Below are positions 62,164 to 64,000 of a DNA stretch of 64,000 bases, piece after piece. The position numbers were made by a program, and so were the translations under genes. The notes under the pieces are model-generated. The model worked only from the letters and a program-made list of their open reading frames with translations, did not search any database and was not told the origin of the DNA. The number at the start of each line of letters is the position of its first letter. Position 1 is the first letter of the stretch. Origin of the DNA: Octopus sinensis (Eukaryota); the NCBI RefSeq assembly GCF_006345805.1, contig NC_043020.1, forward strand, positions 15,004,001 to 15,068,000. Reading direction: 5' to 3'.

Positions 62164-62705
62164 TTAACCCTTTAGCATTCAAATTGATTTGTCAAATGTG
62201 ATGCTTTTCATCCATTGTTTTGAATTCATCATACATTATCTTGTAGCTTTGAGATTTCAGTGATGTGATTGTATATTTTAAAAATGATATTGTGGAGTAG
62301 GTATGAGAGACCAGAGTATAAAACGGAACATTTGGGTCAGATATGGCCAATTTAAATGCTAATGGGTTAGGAGACCCTTCCAATTATTGGTGTGATTAAA
62401 ATCAGGATGATAAGTTGGGTTGTTCTGTACCTTAACTCCAAAATCACTGTTCCCCCCCATCTATTCATATATTGGTATCCTTCATACAGCAGATAGCAGT
62501 AGCTGTAGATAGTTATTAACCCTTTAGCATTTAATCCAGCCATATCCAGCTGAAATATTTTACCTATTTTATATTAAAACTGATCATAACCTACCCTACA
62601 ATGTCATTCTAAAAAATATTCAAACTCACCATTGAAATCTTGAAGCTACAAGGTTGTGTATGACTAATTCAAAGCAATGTGAATAAATAAGCAATACATT
62701 TCACA
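62164..62705. mobile_element. Two family-2 MITEs in opposite orientation (62164-62370; 62516 to about 62705)
   Basis: Both start TTAACCCTTTAGCATT, and their bodies are reverse complements of each other. Confidence 0.72.
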
Positions 62706-64000
62706 GAAAAAACTTCATTAAATAAGACCTGCCACATCTTACAGTGATACACCTAAATATATTTTCAACTCTTTTTTTATTTATTTTTTTTTTTATTATT
62801 ACTTGTCCTTAAATTTACTTTTTATTACTTGTAATATCAGTTAGAGCAGCAGGACTTAGTGAATGCTTGTGCAATACTAGATGTCTGTCATCTGTGTTAC
62901 ATCAAACAGCTGTTACTTAATGATTTCTCTGTTCTTTCATCATACAACTGTCTATTGGCGGTGAGTCAGCTGCTATTGTACCCCAATATTTCGTTGAAAC
63001 TTCTTTGTGCACTTTTAAAACTTCCATGTTTTTGTCTTCCAGATGACTAATTTATTTCGGTCAACAAATATGATTATTACACTGAATTGGCCTCTTATAT
63101 ATTACTTACGTTCATGTTAAACTGAGACTTAGCTATTTGAATCGAACATGCCTGTTAGTGTGTGTATCTAAATTAGTATCGTATATGTCCCTTTCAGGTC
63201 ACCTTCACTTTCCTATAACATCAATAACTAATTTTAGCTGTTTGCATGCATGTTAGACTGCAACAGATCTTATCTAAATAGGTGAGATGGAAAAAGTAAA
63301 GAAATACTAGTTAAGTACTTCTGTACTAGTTTCGTTTGAAACTGCAATCTTAATGTTGGTTTCTTTCTATTAACATTCAGATTAGGTATTGTTTCTAACT
63401 ACATTTTTGATTTTCAGTGATAATAAATGAGGAAAGATTTTACTATCAATTCCCTTTTTTCTTCCAGTTTACATTTTGTAAAAATGTTTACATACTTAAG
63501 AAAAGCACACAAAAAAGAATTTTAAAAATCTGCTTGCAAATCTAATAATTTTCTAGATTTCATTTCACATCTCACAATGGAAATTCTAGTCTTTCCTAAT
63601 GCTCTTCCGGGATAGAGTAATAGCCAATTTGAAAGTTATAATCTAATATCTTTCTGATCTTTAAGGCAACATGGTTTTCCTTCTAGTGCATTAGTTTAGC
63701 TAACCTTGCATGTACATTTATTTTTTGGTGATTTTTAGACAAAGTTTTAGTAACTGAGCAGTATCAGCTTGATGCTTGAAAGACACTGTGCAGTAGTTTA
63801 TTTTGAACAGACACACTCTCGGTCACTTACAGAAATTTGATTCAAATTGGGAGTTATCCTTCAATTGAAACATCTTTATAAACCTAATTTTCTCATGTCC
63901 ACTGTGTAATTTGTAATAACACCAAAGTTTGAACAAAAATATCTTACCATGTGCCACTTCTCAATGACTAGTGTTGATTTATTCTTACATTTCTTTATTT

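Noticed and set aside
1175-64000. Intron-encoded snoRNAs/miRNAs
   Set aside because: TGATGA motifs belong to (GAT)n retroposon tails, and no convincing C/D or H/ACA architecture or pre-miRNA was seen by eye; an Infernal/Rfam scan would be needed to exclude them.

Overview
AT-rich animal genomic DNA, most likely an octopus/coleoid cephalopod (inferred from the protein and the repeat families; not provable from the window). The window lies entirely inside one + strand gene, the HECT E3 ubiquitin ligase TRIP12 (Ufd4/ctrip orthologue). I traced 35 GT-AG coding exons (1079-60341). Their phases join into one open frame of about 1,500 codons: ARM repeats, WWE domain, low-complexity linker and most of the HECT domain. 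The N-terminal exons and the last HECT exons (catalytic Cys) lie outside the window. The introns are packed with transposon material: a young 5'-truncated RTE-type LINE, about 25 truncated copies of its structured 3' end in both orientations, at least three tRNA-derived SINE families, piggyBac-like (TTAA) and Tc1/mariner (TA) elements, and CR1-like and R4/Dong-like LINE remnants. Most interesting: (1) a complete C4HC3 PHD finger inserted inside the LINE reverse transcriptase; (2) a variable-copy array of predicted H-type pseudoknot units plus a shared terminal module in that LINE's 3' UTR; (3) a hidden frame-preserving 66-nt candidate cassette exon in TRIP12 (21082-21147); (4) a TSD-flanked fold-back insertion (15398-15631). 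There are no prokaryotic genes and no CRISPR. Most ORFs in the supplied track are spurious or are exon read-throughs. Family names come from memory and need database confirmation.
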